A DNA stretch of 64,000 nucleotides from Herbinix sp. (GTDB lineage: Bacteria > Bacillota > Clostridia > Lachnospirales > Lachnospiraceae). The notes beneath the pieces were generated by a model. That model was given only the letters and a program-made list of their open reading frames with translations. It searched no databases and had not been told where the DNA came from. Location of the stretch: assembly GCA_028691795.1 (NCBI GenBank), contig JAQUYQ010000001.1, positions 106,699 through 170,698 of the forward strand, in the 5' to 3' direction. The position numbers and the translations under genes were made by a program. Shown here piece by piece: positions 9,949 to 19,924 of this stretch (positions are counted from its first letter, which is position 1; each line of letters starts with the position of its first letter).

Positions 9949-11430
9949 TTATATCATATTTACATACTGAAGAAACTCATCCGATAACACATCGCTATTG
10001 AATTCGATGGGTTTACCAATAACCTCCGGTAAATCAAAATCAACATACGAAAATGATGAGTTTATTATTGTTGACAGAAGTCTTATAAGAATATCAGGTC
10101 CCTCGAATGAAGTCAATACGGAATATTTATTTTCGATAACGTTCTTGTACACTGAAGACGTTGTTATCTTGCCTAGGAATTTCATATTCTGAATTGCTCT
10201 ATTATTAAGACGACCTTCAATATTCCCGCTTATTAATTGAGGAAGATACAAATGACCCTGGGATTGGAGTATCTTCTTAAGCATAACCATAATAGTAATA
10301 TATTGCTTTCTGGTTAACATATGAAGATCTCTATATCCTCCGAAATATTTTACATAGAAATATAAAGCGAGTTCTGTTTGAAAAGGGCTCATTTTATGAA
10401 ACCTCTTGTAAAATTCTATCTCCTCTTTTGAAATCTCTATATGGATTTTCTTCTTCAAATCCTTTATAGTTTTCTTTATCGACGGCTTAGCCAAAATGAC
10501 TATGGATTCATCAATAATAGTATTCGAGATTTCGAATTTATCCATCTTGGATAATCCATCGGAATCCTTATCAGATGATAATGGTACAATATCAGAATCA
10601 TAAGTATCATCTAAAAAGTACCTTAACTGATTCCTTAATATAACGGAATTGAAGTTGATCACATTCCCATTAAAAGTATATCTAAACATATTTTCAGATA
10701 TAATTTTAATTTGAAGCAACTCATCTAAGAATCCATCAGGACTTGTGCCAAAGATTTCACGCTGTTCCCACATTCTCTTATTGGTGGCCACATTCTTGTT
10801 TATTTTAGCAGAAACGGTGGCCCACAATTTATTATATATTTGGTCTTCTTCTCCAAATATAGTGAACAACTTTTCATAGAATCTATATATAAACCTATCA
10901 TGTTTAGTTAGCTTCTTAACCGAAGCATAATGAAAAATAACAGGAACCATTATCTTCATAGCAGTTGAAATTGCCATCAATTTCTTTCCATGTTCATTAT
11001 TAAACTGGAGAATATCGGCGTATTTCTTACCATTTGAAGAAGCGGTCAAATCTACATAATAGTTATCTTCAACCATCCTATTTATTTTTTCAATTATAGA
11101 ATCGGTTAATAGAATACCATATGTAGTTTTAATGAAGGATTTAATTCCGACCTTCATTTCACTATTATCCATAATAGATTTAAGCTTTAAATATGCCAAT
11201 AGAAGCTCTTTGTCATCATCATAGAACTTAATAAAGTAATTGATATAATGACAGATTAAATCGAGTTTCTTTGCATAGTTTTCTTTCTTAATTATAAAGT
11301 TATTGAGGATTTCGAATTCCTCCTTCTTGAATATTCCATCAAAGGGAACTACGAATACTTTGTTCTTGTAACCAACGAAACAATCCCCCAATTCGGGAAT
11401 CCACTCATCTACACGCACAATATCATTCAT
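9949..11430 (-). CDS. nvRNAP sigma-like promoter-specificity subunit (AR9 gp226-like)
   Basis: 493 aa; segments PFDGIF..NNFIIKK..Y, MVEDNYYVDL..SNGKK..LQ and LSKMDKFEI..D resemble AR9 gp226 as recalled; two genes from GroEL as in AR9; early promoter upstream. Confidence 0.7.
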   Translation of the reverse strand: MNDIVRVDEWIPELGDCFVGYKNKVFVVPFDGIFKKEEFEILNNFIIKKENYAKKLDLICHYINYFIKFYDDDKELLLAYLKLKSIMDNSEMKVGIKSFIKTTYGILLTDSIIEKINRMVEDNYYVDLTASSNGKKYADILQFNNEHGKKLMAISTAMKIMVPVIFHYASVKKLTKHDRFIYRFYEKLFTIFGEEDQIYNKLWATVSAKINKNVATNKRMWEQREIFGTSPDGFLDELLQIKIISENMFRYTFNGNVINFNSVILRNQLRYFLDDTYDSDIVPLSSDKDSDGLSKMDKFEISNTIIDESIVILAKPSIKKTIKDLKKKIHIEISKEEIEFYKRFHKMSPFQTELALYFYVKYFGGYRDLHMLTRKQYITIMVMLKKILQSQGHLYLPQLISGNIEGRLNNRAIQNMKFLGKITTSSVYKNVIENKYSVLTSFEGPDILIRLLSTIINSSFSYVDFDLPEVIGKPIEFNSDVLSDEFLQYVNMI

Positions 11431-11466
11431 ATGTCAAAAACCCTCCATGTCTATACTTGCCTGTAT

Positions 11467-11476
11467 ATAATATATA
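11467..11476 (-). promoter_or_regulatory. Early promoter TATATATTAT
   Basis: Directly upstream of the sigma-like gene. Confidence 0.6.
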
Positions 11477-11479
11477 GTT

Positions 11480-12250
11480 TTATATTTTTCTGATAGTGGA
11501 GTTCTTTTTCTTGGGTTTGATTTTTTCCTTGGGCGATATACGTCCTATTTTAGTTCCGGTGATCGCATTAACAGAACGTTTATAATCTTCTCCCGGATTA
11601 TAACTCTTTCGGATTGACTCCTTTGATTTTTTCTTTTCTTCTTTTTCTTTTTGAAGCCGTTGGTTCTCTTTAGTTATTTCTATATCGATAGTAGAGAACT
11701 TTCTCAGTTTATATATAATAGCTTCCTTGGATAACATCTGGGCTTTTAATCCAAGGAATGGTTTTAATAACATTTCTGGATTAAGCTCTAGATATTTACA
11801 AGCGAAATAAATACTTTTTTCGAAGTTTACTATATTATTAGGATTCTTTATCTCGGCTTCTTGATTTAAAACAATCGACGAATAAAGTTTTTCGGTTCCA
11901 CTAATAAGTAAATCTTTCTTATAAAATGTATTGGCAAATGTATATACAAAGCTAGGACAATTTGAGAAGAATCTCAAATCATAATTAGCTAATGATAAAG
12001 CCATCGATTCGAGTATTGCATCGGGATTAAATTCCAACAAGATGTCATATGTATTATCTCTTTCCGATTCAGACCCAATGGTAAATAAGAAATAGATAAC
12101 CATCTTTTTAGTTGTGAAAACATTTACATTGATTTTTTTCTCTTTGATTAATTTTTCAAGTCGTTTATCCAAGTCATCTTTAATAAGCTTATTCTGTACT
12201 GCTGTACTACCCTTCCCCATCGGGGTATTTAAATATTCATGTAGCTTCAT
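11480..12250 (-). CDS. Hypothetical protein with basic C-terminus
   Basis: 256 aa, AGGAGG SD, FFSNCPSFVYTF motif. Confidence 0.7.
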   Translation of the reverse strand: MKLHEYLNTPMGKGSTAVQNKLIKDDLDKRLEKLIKEKKINVNVFTTKKMVIYFLFTIGSESERDNTYDILLEFNPDAILESMALSLANYDLRFFSNCPSFVYTFANTFYKKDLLISGTEKLYSSIVLNQEAEIKNPNNIVNFEKSIYFACKYLELNPEMLLKPFLGLKAQMLSKEAIIYKLRKFSTIDIEITKENQRLQKEKEEKKKSKESIRKSYNPGEDYKRSVNAITGTKIGRISPKEKIKPKKKNSTIRKI

Positions 12251-12285
12251 AGTGTTTTTAATCCCTCCTTATTAATAAGCGGGTA

Positions 12286-12327
12286 AATTAATGAGACTGT
12301 TTAAAAATGAAAACAGTCTCATTAATT
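12286..12327. terminator. Terminator after groEL-like gene
   Basis: AAATTAATGAGACTGTTT/AAACAGTCTCATTAATTT. Confidence 0.7.
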
Positions 12328-12364
12328 TTTTGTTACTTATAAAATTTTATTTAATATCTTTTAG

Positions 12365-14134
12365 TTACGAATTCTGAGTCGAAATAGTAACATATTGATT
12401 GCTCGAAATAAGCAAGGAGATAATTGATACAGTTGCTTTAAGAATCTCAATATCCGTCATAGACGAATTGATGATTTCCTTATCATCGTTGTCAATAATA
12501 GAAATACACCGATTATCGGCAATCATCTTATCACAAAGATTATCAATATATTCCTTCTTGTTATCAGGAACGATTGTAGTCTTTGTCTCGATATCAAAAA
12601 TCTTATATTTATTATTAACAACGTCCTTCAGGGTATTCCGAAATGCTTCGGATATGATATCATAAAGGACAAGATTAATAGGATCGGTTTCAGTCGTAGC
12701 AAGAGTCTTAGCAGCATTCACAACAGCAATACTACCACCGGTATTATAACCGTTATAAAAAGCCGATTCAGAAGCCTTGACAGCGTCTTCAACCAAGTCC
12801 ATGTTAGCAACCTTTTCAAGATTCGAAGCACCACCAACGTTGATGGTCCCCATCAGGCAACGAAGCTTCGAAAGTCTCTGAGATGCTTGGTATAATTCAG
12901 TTGTGAGAATAGTTGCTTTCTTAGAGCGATCTTTCTCTTCGGTGTATTTAGCCATAGCATCTTTTAAACAGACTTGATACATTCCTTCATTCTTTTTCGG
13001 GAATCCTTCAAATACTGAATCGTGCTCATCGATGACAAACGATTCACACTCACCGATAAACTTCAGAATATCGATATTCTCAAGTCGGGGCATTTCATAT
13101 TTCTCAGAATTTTCCCTAAACATACCCATCTCTTGATTATATTTCATCTTCATTTGTTCTCTCATGGAGATATCCTCTTCAGTGATGAGTTCACAACCAA
13201 GAAGAATCGAGAGATCTTTATAAGTATTCTTTGCGAAATTATTCATCAAATTAGAAGTCGCAACGACATAAGAAGAGGTTCCGGTCATTTTGAATTCCTG
13301 ATTAGTTTCTGTCTTAATCTGGTTAAGAACAAATCTATCATAATAAGGAGCCAAAACAATCAACCGTCTTCCCGAAGGTCTGGAGATTTCTAATGCTCTC
13401 TGAATGAATTCAAACCCAGTCTGAATATCTACTGTACTTGTAAACAAAAGAACCATTGGTTTTTTAACGGTGCACTTATTAGTAAGTTCATCGTTAATAT
13501 AAACTCTATCGAGCATAGCCGAATTCTTAAGCTTATAACCTCTGACAATACTATGAGTAGTTTCGTTGTCTTTAGAAGTTACGAACTCAATAGTGGGATT
13601 CTTTGTTTTCTTATAGATATCCTCGATGATATCAGCAATCATCTTATTGTCATTTGTTGATACCAATGCTACCTTATTGATATTCTGAGACCAATTTTCA
13701 TCGTTCTCAGAATCGATCATAGTTGCATTGCTCTGGATATATTCAACGATATTCTTGACAACTTCATCAAGTCTATCGACAATTTCTTTAGGTCTCATAT
13801 ACTTAAGCTTAGTTTCGTTGTTAAGGCCGGTGAAAATATGATTGGCAGCCACAATCGAGCTTGTCGAACCATCACCAACATTAACAACAACCTGTGAGCT
13901 AATCTTAACAAGAAGATTCAGGATAGTGGAAGCCTTCTGATCGTCAAAGCAGAGCTTCTTAAGAATCTGCCAACCGTCCTTGGTGATATGAATATCCCCA
14001 AATTTTTCAATGATAGTCGTACTACCATAAGGACCAAGTGAGCGAGATAATACGGTAGCAACCTTGTCAAAAACATAGTTTACTACTTCCTTGAAATCAG
14101 CCTCGTTGATGATATTGATATTAGACGTGTACAT
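12365..14134 (-). CDS. groEL: Phage GroEL-like chaperonin
   Basis: SLGPYG, ITKDG, VGDGSTS, INVGGAS, VEDAVKA and GGS motifs. Confidence 0.92.
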   Translation of the reverse strand: MYTSNINIINEADFKEVVNYVFDKVATVLSRSLGPYGSTTIIEKFGDIHITKDGWQILKKLCFDDQKASTILNLLVKISSQVVVNVGDGSTSSIVAANHIFTGLNNETKLKYMRPKEIVDRLDEVVKNIVEYIQSNATMIDSENDENWSQNINKVALVSTNDNKMIADIIEDIYKKTKNPTIEFVTSKDNETTHSIVRGYKLKNSAMLDRVYINDELTNKCTVKKPMVLLFTSTVDIQTGFEFIQRALEISRPSGRRLIVLAPYYDRFVLNQIKTETNQEFKMTGTSSYVVATSNLMNNFAKNTYKDLSILLGCELITEEDISMREQMKMKYNQEMGMFRENSEKYEMPRLENIDILKFIGECESFVIDEHDSVFEGFPKKNEGMYQVCLKDAMAKYTEEKDRSKKATILTTELYQASQRLSKLRCLMGTINVGGASNLEKVANMDLVEDAVKASESAFYNGYNTGGSIAVVNAAKTLATTETDPINLVLYDIISEAFRNTLKDVVNNKYKIFDIETKTTIVPDNKKEYIDNLCDKMIADNRCISIIDNDDKEIINSSMTDIEILKATVSIISLLISSNQYVTISTQNS

Positions 14135-14145
14135 TTAATTTCCTC

Positions 14146-14562
14146 CTACGATTTTTTAATTGGATCATTATTTTTATTGAGTAAATAATAACCCATTATT
14201 CTTACTATGGTAAAGGGATCATCGACATTATCTGGGATATTGACATAACCAAAAAGTCCGAGTGTCAACTCCATGTTTTTAAATTGAGAATAGAGTTTTT
14301 CATCAAGAATCTCTACAACTGCCTCGTCTCTATTCTCATCAATTTCGAGAATTTTACCAATGCAAGAACATGGGTCCAATTTGATATCGATAGTATTGGG
14401 TGTTGAGATATAAGCATAGACATATGGATAGGATGAGTTTTTCATCTTATAATCATTCAACGCTTTCTCGTATGATTGTTCATCATAACGAATACCATTT
14501 ATATTATTAGATCCTTTTTTAACATTGAATTTCATGGTAATAGTATTGTTCGCCATGATCAA
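14146..14562 (-). CDS. Hypothetical protein
   Basis: 138 aa in an operon upstream of groEL; NINGIRY resembles the prohead-protease N-terminal motif. Confidence 0.6.
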   Translation of the reverse strand: MIMANNTITMKFNVKKGSNNINGIRYDEQSYEKALNDYKMKNSSYPYVYAYISTPNTIDIKLDPCSCIGKILEIDENRDEAVVEILDEKLYSQFKNMELTLGLFGYVNIPDNVDDPFTIVRIMGYYLLNKNNDPIKKS

Positions 14563-15041
14563 TCATCCCATCTTTCTTTATGATATATATAAAGTCTAAC
14601 CGCTCTATTATACACAAAAGTATTACAGAGGATTTTCTCTATTTCTTTCCAGTCACCACCACCAAGATTACATCCAATCTTATATGGGACTGCAACCGAT
14701 AGTTTACTTTCAACAGCAAATTTCCATACCTTTTTCATTGCTGTATCAAAAGCTTTATAATCAGTGTAGGTCTTAAATGGAGTTCGACCATAATCAAATT
14801 GACCAAATATATTGGCAATTATAAGATCATGTTTAACAGGAACAAATTGTACTGTCCCCATAAGTCCAACACCATTGGGATTGTTATCAAACAACTTCAA
14901 ATAGCTTTCTTTAACAAAGGGCCATTTTTGAGCTATATCTTTAGCAAGACCGGCTCCCATTTTGCCCTTACAATTAACCTGTTGGCAAATAACGCCTTTC
15001 TTAAAATTGAAAATGTCGTCATTAACAATTTCAATACTCAT
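14559..15041 (-). CDS. Macrodomain ADP-ribosylhydrolase (TARG1/DarG-like)
   Basis: QQVNCKGKMGAGLAKDI, IANIFGQ, PYKIGCNLGGGDW. Confidence 0.85.
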   Translation of the reverse strand: MSIEIVNDDIFNFKKGVICQQVNCKGKMGAGLAKDIAQKWPFVKESYLKLFDNNPNGVGLMGTVQFVPVKHDLIIANIFGQFDYGRTPFKTYTDYKAFDTAMKKVWKFAVESKLSVAVPYKIGCNLGGGDWKEIEKILCNTFVYNRAVRLYIYHKERWDD

Positions 15042-15052
15042 TCTGTCACCTC

Positions 15053-15802
15053 CTAGTTGAATTCCTTGATGTTGGTAAGATCTCTTATTCCATCAATTTC
15101 TTTCTTGGTAAATACATCTAAAGATATACCACCTTTAGGAATAAAGAAATTTAACTTACCTCCTTTGGCTTTGATTTGCTCTTGAATATCCGGAATTTTT
15201 GGTTCTAGATATCCATCGACTACGTTGAAATTATATCCATAAATAGCTAGTAATATATCAACCCCAGCAAGGTCTGTATCAAGCAGAGGTAAAACATATT
15301 TTAGACTATTAACACAAATAAGATGCGGTTTTGTCTTATGTATTGCTTCGAGATAATCTCCATTAACATATGATATTTTACTCTGGGGATATCTTGTTAA
15401 TAGATCTAAATTAATGCGATCATCATATTCATAAGACCACACATTAATTTTCTCTATAGTGTTTTTCGCATTCAATATATCTAAAGAATAAGCAAAATCC
15501 AAAAAGTCCTCATTGAGATATAGATCCTCAATGTTATCATGGAGATAAAAATAGGACTCAGGAACATTGAAACTTTTCTTCATAATATCTTCAAAAAATA
15601 ATTCATGCTTTCTTCTCATCAGGAAAACATGAAGTCTTTCATCGGTTTTATCTTTTATTTTACTCATATCCACCATAGACGAATATTGTGTAAAATATTT
15701 AGTGGTTATATCCTTTATTAATCGAATATTGGGAGTTTTAATGACATCTTCAAATAAAGTAAAGATTACACTTGAAGTCTCATTCATCATCAATCCCTCC
15801 AA
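15053..15802 (-). CDS. Hypothetical protein
   Basis: 249 aa within the operon. Confidence 0.65.
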   Translation of the reverse strand: MEGLMMNETSSVIFTLFEDVIKTPNIRLIKDITTKYFTQYSSMVDMSKIKDKTDERLHVFLMRRKHELFFEDIMKKSFNVPESYFYLHDNIEDLYLNEDFLDFAYSLDILNAKNTIEKINVWSYEYDDRINLDLLTRYPQSKISYVNGDYLEAIHKTKPHLICVNSLKYVLPLLDTDLAGVDILLAIYGYNFNVVDGYLEPKIPDIQEQIKAKGGKLNFFIPKGGISLDVFTKKEIDGIRDLTNIKEFN

Positions 15803-16116
15803 TCGATGTTATAAGAGTATTCAGATGCCTTTTTCTGAACCTCCGACAGAATATCTTCTTTACTGATATTAAATATTCTAGCGACATATGCAGATGAAGT
15901 AATAACATGAGACATCTCTTCTATAAGATTACTCAATGCTTCATCTGTTTTATCCCTATCACTTATTGACGTTTTAAGGGTTTGTTTTTTAATTCTTTTG
16001 AGTTTTTGACAGGCCTTTATAAGTTCAGCACATTCTTCAACTAAAATATCCAGTTGATCTTCTCTATCAAATAAGGTGTCCAAAATATCAAGATAAGAAT
16101 CAGGAATATCAAACAT
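15790..16116 (-). CDS. MazG-like NTP pyrophosphohydrolase
   Basis: EECAELIKACQK...LIEEMSHV helical acidic motifs. Confidence 0.7.
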   Translation of the reverse strand: MFDIPDSYLDILDTLFDREDQLDILVEECAELIKACQKLKRIKKQTLKTSISDRDKTDEALSNLIEEMSHVITSSAYVARIFNISKEDILSEVQKKASEYSYNIDWRD

Positions 16117-16185
16117 ATATATCCCTCCTATATGAATTTATAATATAGTTTATCCTATTATTTTTATGTATCTAAGACAAAAAAG

Positions 16186-16218
16186 AAAGCCGTATAGGGA
16201 AATTCCCTATACGGCTTT
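16186..16218. terminator. Terminator
   Basis: AAAGCCGTATAGGGAA/TTCCCTATACGGCTTT. Confidence 0.75.
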
Positions 16219-16223
16219 TTAAA

Positions 16224-17045
16224 TTAACTCATCTGCATCAGAGAGTTAAGTTCATCAATATTCTCGAACTGCTCTACTGCTTGAATATCGTCATCCTTGG
16301 GAACGCTCTGTCCAGAAGAGTTTCCTCTACCAGAGAATGCATTGCCTCTGGAATAAGAGCTCCGTCCACTACTGGCGGAGAGACCCATCGACTCAGCCAT
16401 TCTCTTAATGTTATCAGCGATCATGTTATCATAACCGAATTTAACATATCTCTGGCTATGAGTATAACTATGGAACAATCCCTTTATAGCAGTCTCAAGG
16501 AAAAGAGCAAACGTATAAATTTCATTATAGTTATTCTTCTCTTCGAAAGCACCACTTGTGGGATCATAGTTATTGATTGAACCCCGGATATTGAACTCGA
16601 AATAAATCGAGAACCCGGGTTTAAGGGTGTTGGTATCCACATTCTTAAAGAGAGCAATATATGGTTTAAAACCCTTGCTGTCCTTAAAACCTGTTCCGAT
16701 AACAAACAAGTTATCAGCTCCAACGGGAACACCAATAGAAGCAATTTCCTCTTTTTCTAAAGCGGGAAAAATTACTTCCTTAAGACCTTTAAAAAGAATA
16801 CAAGCCTTGTCCAAACTGATAGCAGTTGAATAAGATTGCTCATAGTTAAATACGTTGACTTCGGTTCTCTTGTTGGCTTCGAGAGCCGGATGGAATCTAA
16901 TGGAAACGTTTCCGTTCCAAAGACCGAAGACCACAGTACTGGGGTCAAAACTGTTTGCGTTGTAGAGTTGAAAAGATGTTGTATTTACACTCTTTTCATT
17001 TCTCTCTTCGTTGTTATTGTTGTTATTTTGATTATTATACGCCAT
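16224..17045 (-). CDS. Hypothetical protein, possible ssDNA-binding protein
   Basis: 273 aa; N-rich start, S/G/R linker and acidic C-terminal tail typical of SSBs. Confidence 0.45.
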   Translation of the reverse strand: MAYNNQNNNNNNEERNEKSVNTTSFQLYNANSFDPSTVVFGLWNGNVSIRFHPALEANKRTEVNVFNYEQSYSTAISLDKACILFKGLKEVIFPALEKEEIASIGVPVGADNLFVIGTGFKDSKGFKPYIALFKNVDTNTLKPGFSIYFEFNIRGSINNYDPTSGAFEEKNNYNEIYTFALFLETAIKGLFHSYTHSQRYVKFGYDNMIADNIKRMAESMGLSASSGRSSYSRGNAFSGRGNSSGQSVPKDDDIQAVEQFENIDELNSLMQMS

Positions 17046-17220
17046 AATTAAAGCACTCCTTTAATGTATTTGATTAAATACATTGTTGACATGTTTATTA
17101 TTTTTTATCTTTAAACCTCATACTGAACGGTTATACTGCCATATAACCGTTTCGTTTCGTGGCGAAATATTAATAATAATCCATATTTGGATAACTGATA
17201 ATATTTCATTACAAATTTAA

Positions 17221-17445
17221 TCATTTTTTCCTTCCTCCCTGCTTAACCAATTCGACCGCTCCGAATCTTTCTTTTAAAGCGGTATTAAGAGTTTTGGAAT
17301 CATCAGGAACGGTGAACTTGGCATAGTCTGCTAAGTGTATCCATTTATTATCATCAATCCCCATCTCAAAAGAAAATTTTTTTGCTTCATTGTATGAACA
17401 CCTAACCTTAAAGAATTTTACCATAGTTATTTCCTCCACACACAA
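17221..17445 (-). CDS. Small hypothetical protein
   Basis: GGAGGA SD before MVKFF. Confidence 0.55.
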   Translation of the reverse strand: MCVEEITMVKFFKVRCSYNEAKKFSFEMGIDDNKWIHLADYAKFTVPDDSKTLNTALKERFGAVELVKQGGRKK

Positions 17446-17774
17446 TCGTTAATAATTCTTTCATGTAAAAGTGGATCGATGCTCTCCAATTCATCAATTC
17501 CAACAATTACATCATGGTTTTCAATATGACCAATCTTTCCAGTTATATCATAATAAGAATTAAAATATTTGTAAATAAAATGTCCGTCCATCTGGTCGTA
17601 CATAATTTTACCACCAGGGTATAATTGTGAAAGGATCAATGAGAAATGATAACAATTTCCATATAAGAATATAGATTCTATAGAAACTTTATCGTGACCC
17701 TTTTTAAAATTCATTATAAAGTCCTCAATGTTAGGTCTTCTGGTGGGATACATAATCGATAAACTCCTTGTCAA
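17427..17774 (-). CDS. Hypothetical protein (GNCYHF...GHF...YYDITG, possible Cys-His-Asp triad)
   Basis: 115 aa with a spaced C/H/D pattern. Confidence 0.55.
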   Translation of the reverse strand: MTRSLSIMYPTRRPNIEDFIMNFKKGHDKVSIESIFLYGNCYHFSLILSQLYPGGKIMYDQMDGHFIYKYFNSYYDITGKIGHIENHDVIVGIDELESIDPLLHERIINDCVWRK

Positions 17775-17895
17775 TTATATTTCTCGTCGATCTGATTATT
17801 TCACCATAGTCTCTTTTCATCTTAATTCTGTTTTTTCTACGACGTTTCGCTTCTCTCTGTTCAAGTCTTCTGTTTCTGCGTGTTGTCGATGTCAT
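17731..17895 (-). CDS. Small Arg-rich peptide (54 aa, not in the ORF track)
   Basis: MTSTTRRNRRLEQREAKRRRKNRIKMK... fills the gap between genes; GGGGTG SD-like site. Confidence 0.45.
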   Translation of the reverse strand: MTSTTRRNRRLEQREAKRRRKNRIKMKRDYGEIIRSTRNIIDKEFIDYVSHQKT

Positions 17896-17934
17896 TATAA
17901 TACCCCCATTTCTTATTCGATGAATGATGAAATA

Positions 17935-18468
17935 TTATCCCCCGAAATTAAATTTCGGGGATTCGGTTTCAATTAAAAGCAAATAGAGATTTGCATCGTC
18001 TTCTTTTAAACCAGAAGACATCATATACTCTATTGCTTTCTTTTCACCGATCTTATTATCCGCAAATCTCCGACCATCAATATAGTACGAATCTCCCGGT
18101 ATATAATGGTCTTTCTGATTGCTTCTTACAGCTTCCGAATATCTTCTGAAATTTGGAAGAGCAGTATCGTTGAATATCAATTCCATTTTATTAACAGATA
18201 AAATTTTAGGAATTTCATGCCGACGACATGCTTCGTAAATAGTAGATCTCGAATCATCAAAATCATAATTCTTGCTAGTGATCCAATTAAAACGACACCC
18301 ACGATCTACGAACGATGATAATTTTAATCCATAGAACCTATTATCAATTTTCATAATAAAGTTTCTAAATTCATGTATCATTCTCAAATTGTTCGGAAAT
18401 TCTTTTAATAATATATTGCCTGCGTCATATGATGATATTCGATATACATCTAAAGTTGCCACAAACAT
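17935..18468 (-). CDS. Hypothetical protein
   Basis: 177 aa, GGAGG SD. Confidence 0.65.
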   Translation of the reverse strand: MFVATLDVYRISSYDAGNILLKEFPNNLRMIHEFRNFIMKIDNRFYGLKLSSFVDRGCRFNWITSKNYDFDDSRSTIYEACRRHEIPKILSVNKMELIFNDTALPNFRRYSEAVRSNQKDHYIPGDSYYIDGRRFADNKIGEKKAIEYMMSSGLKEDDANLYLLLIETESPKFNFGG

Positions 18469-18479
18469 GGATATCCCTC

Positions 18480-18938
18480 CTATAAATTATTATCAATTAT
18501 ATGATTACACATAATTTTTAAACCATCAATAAACCACTCGTGGTTATCATTTGGCTCAACCACTTTACCCCCAAATAGATAATAATGAGTAAATGGCAAT
18601 TTTAATAATTCTTTATCTATAAGATGTTTGTTATTGATTAATTTTATCCATATAGCATATAGAATCTTTCTTCTGAAATCGGGAATAATTTCTTTCTCCT
18701 CTGTTTTGTGAATCATTCTAGCAAATGCTCTAGCATTATTTCCACTCATACATCGAACCTGTTCTTTTGCAACCGGGTCTTTAATACTAAGCCAATGCCA
18801 ATAACATTCCACAGAAGCAAAATATCCGTCTTCACAAGTAAAAGGATAATAATAAAAATTACTTAACATCCTTCCCATAGAAGTTCGGGCTTTGCTATAC
18901 ACATTAAGGTGGGTAATACCATCATCTAAAAGTTGCAT
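18480..18938 (-). CDS. NADAR-superfamily protein (T4 gp30.3/YbiA-like)
   Basis: THLNVYSKA..GRMLSNF..PF...F.SVE.YW motif. Confidence 0.6.
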   Translation of the reverse strand: MQLLDDGITHLNVYSKARTSMGRMLSNFYYYPFTCEDGYFASVECYWHWLSIKDPVAKEQVRCMSGNNARAFARMIHKTEEKEIIPDFRRKILYAIWIKLINNKHLIDKELLKLPFTHYYLFGGKVVEPNDNHEWFIDGLKIMCNHIIDNNL

Positions 18939-19318
18939 AATGATATCTCATCCATCTGAATATATAATTTCCTTTCTTCGAAGGGATAAGATAAATATTG
19001 AGATGGTATTGTACTTGGACTCAAATCGTCCAATTCAACTTTTAGCATCTGAAGAGTTGTTTCTCGCCATTTTGACGGACCTTTGTATATTACACTACAA
19101 TCCTTAGTCCTCAAAACGACAATATCTGAAACTGATGCTATTAGAGATATACCAGGAAATTCTCTATCGACTTTTTCTTTCTCCGAATCATGTATTGGTA
19201 GAGGTAAAAAATATTTATATACAATAAGCCATTTCTGAAAAGGATTATCCTTCGAAAAAGACACCGCTGGTTCTATAAGCTCGGTATTAGCACATTTAAA
19301 GTATATTTCATTATTCAC
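18926..19318 (-). CDS. Hypothetical protein
   Basis: 130 aa overlapping the next gene. Confidence 0.55.
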   Translation of the reverse strand: MNNEIYFKCANTELIEPAVSFSKDNPFQKWLIVYKYFLPLPIHDSEKEKVDREFPGISLIASVSDIVVLRTKDCSVIYKGPSKWRETTLQMLKVELDDLSPSTIPSQYLSYPFEERKLYIQMDEISLCNF

Positions 19319-19420
19319 ATTACAAGGAATAAGTTTCTTGAGCTTTCCACAGTATTCAACCCTCTCATTATCTTAATACAGAAAGGGCATTCTGTGCAAA
19401 CAGTTACATGTTTTTCATAT

Positions 19421-19903
19421 TTAATATACATTTAAATTCCTCATTTCTATTGGTGTAAAATCGTATTCATATGTTTTAACACATAATCGTTTCTTAACTC
19501 CGCTATTTTTATATTTCTTTTCGGTTATTCTCCAATTAGTAATACTACCAATACACTCAACATCTATTTCATTAAGACACCAATGTTCATCTGTGAAATC
19601 AGCATCGGTTACCATATAAGGACTGGGCTTTATAAATCTAGCCCCGTGATACTTTTCATTCAATAATGGAGTAAATACATATAAAATTGGCTCATATGGC
19701 TCCATTGCCATTAAACACTTTCCTATAGATGTAGAAAAACAAATTCTTGGGGTCCAATAATCTTCAAAACCAGCCACAGCATTTGCTGGAATTAATGGTA
19801 TTAACGATGTTAAATTTGGATTGCAACTAACATGGAATAATTTTCCCATATCAGATTTTTCAATTTCATATTTTTGTCTCACCATAACATAAAATCCTCC
19901 CAC
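19421..19903 (-). CDS. Putative ADP-ribosyltransferase-fold protein
   Basis: LFHVS ... PRICFSTSI..CL ... DADFTDEHW gives an H-S-E-like ART motif order. Confidence 0.4.
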   Translation of the reverse strand: MGGFYVMVRQKYEIEKSDMGKLFHVSCNPNLTSLIPLIPANAVAGFEDYWTPRICFSTSIGKCLMAMEPYEPILYVFTPLLNEKYHGARFIKPSPYMVTDADFTDEHWCLNEIDVECIGSITNWRITEKKYKNSGVKKRLCVKTYEYDFTPIEMRNLNVY

Positions 19904-19924
19904 TATAAAATAAATGGATAAGAG

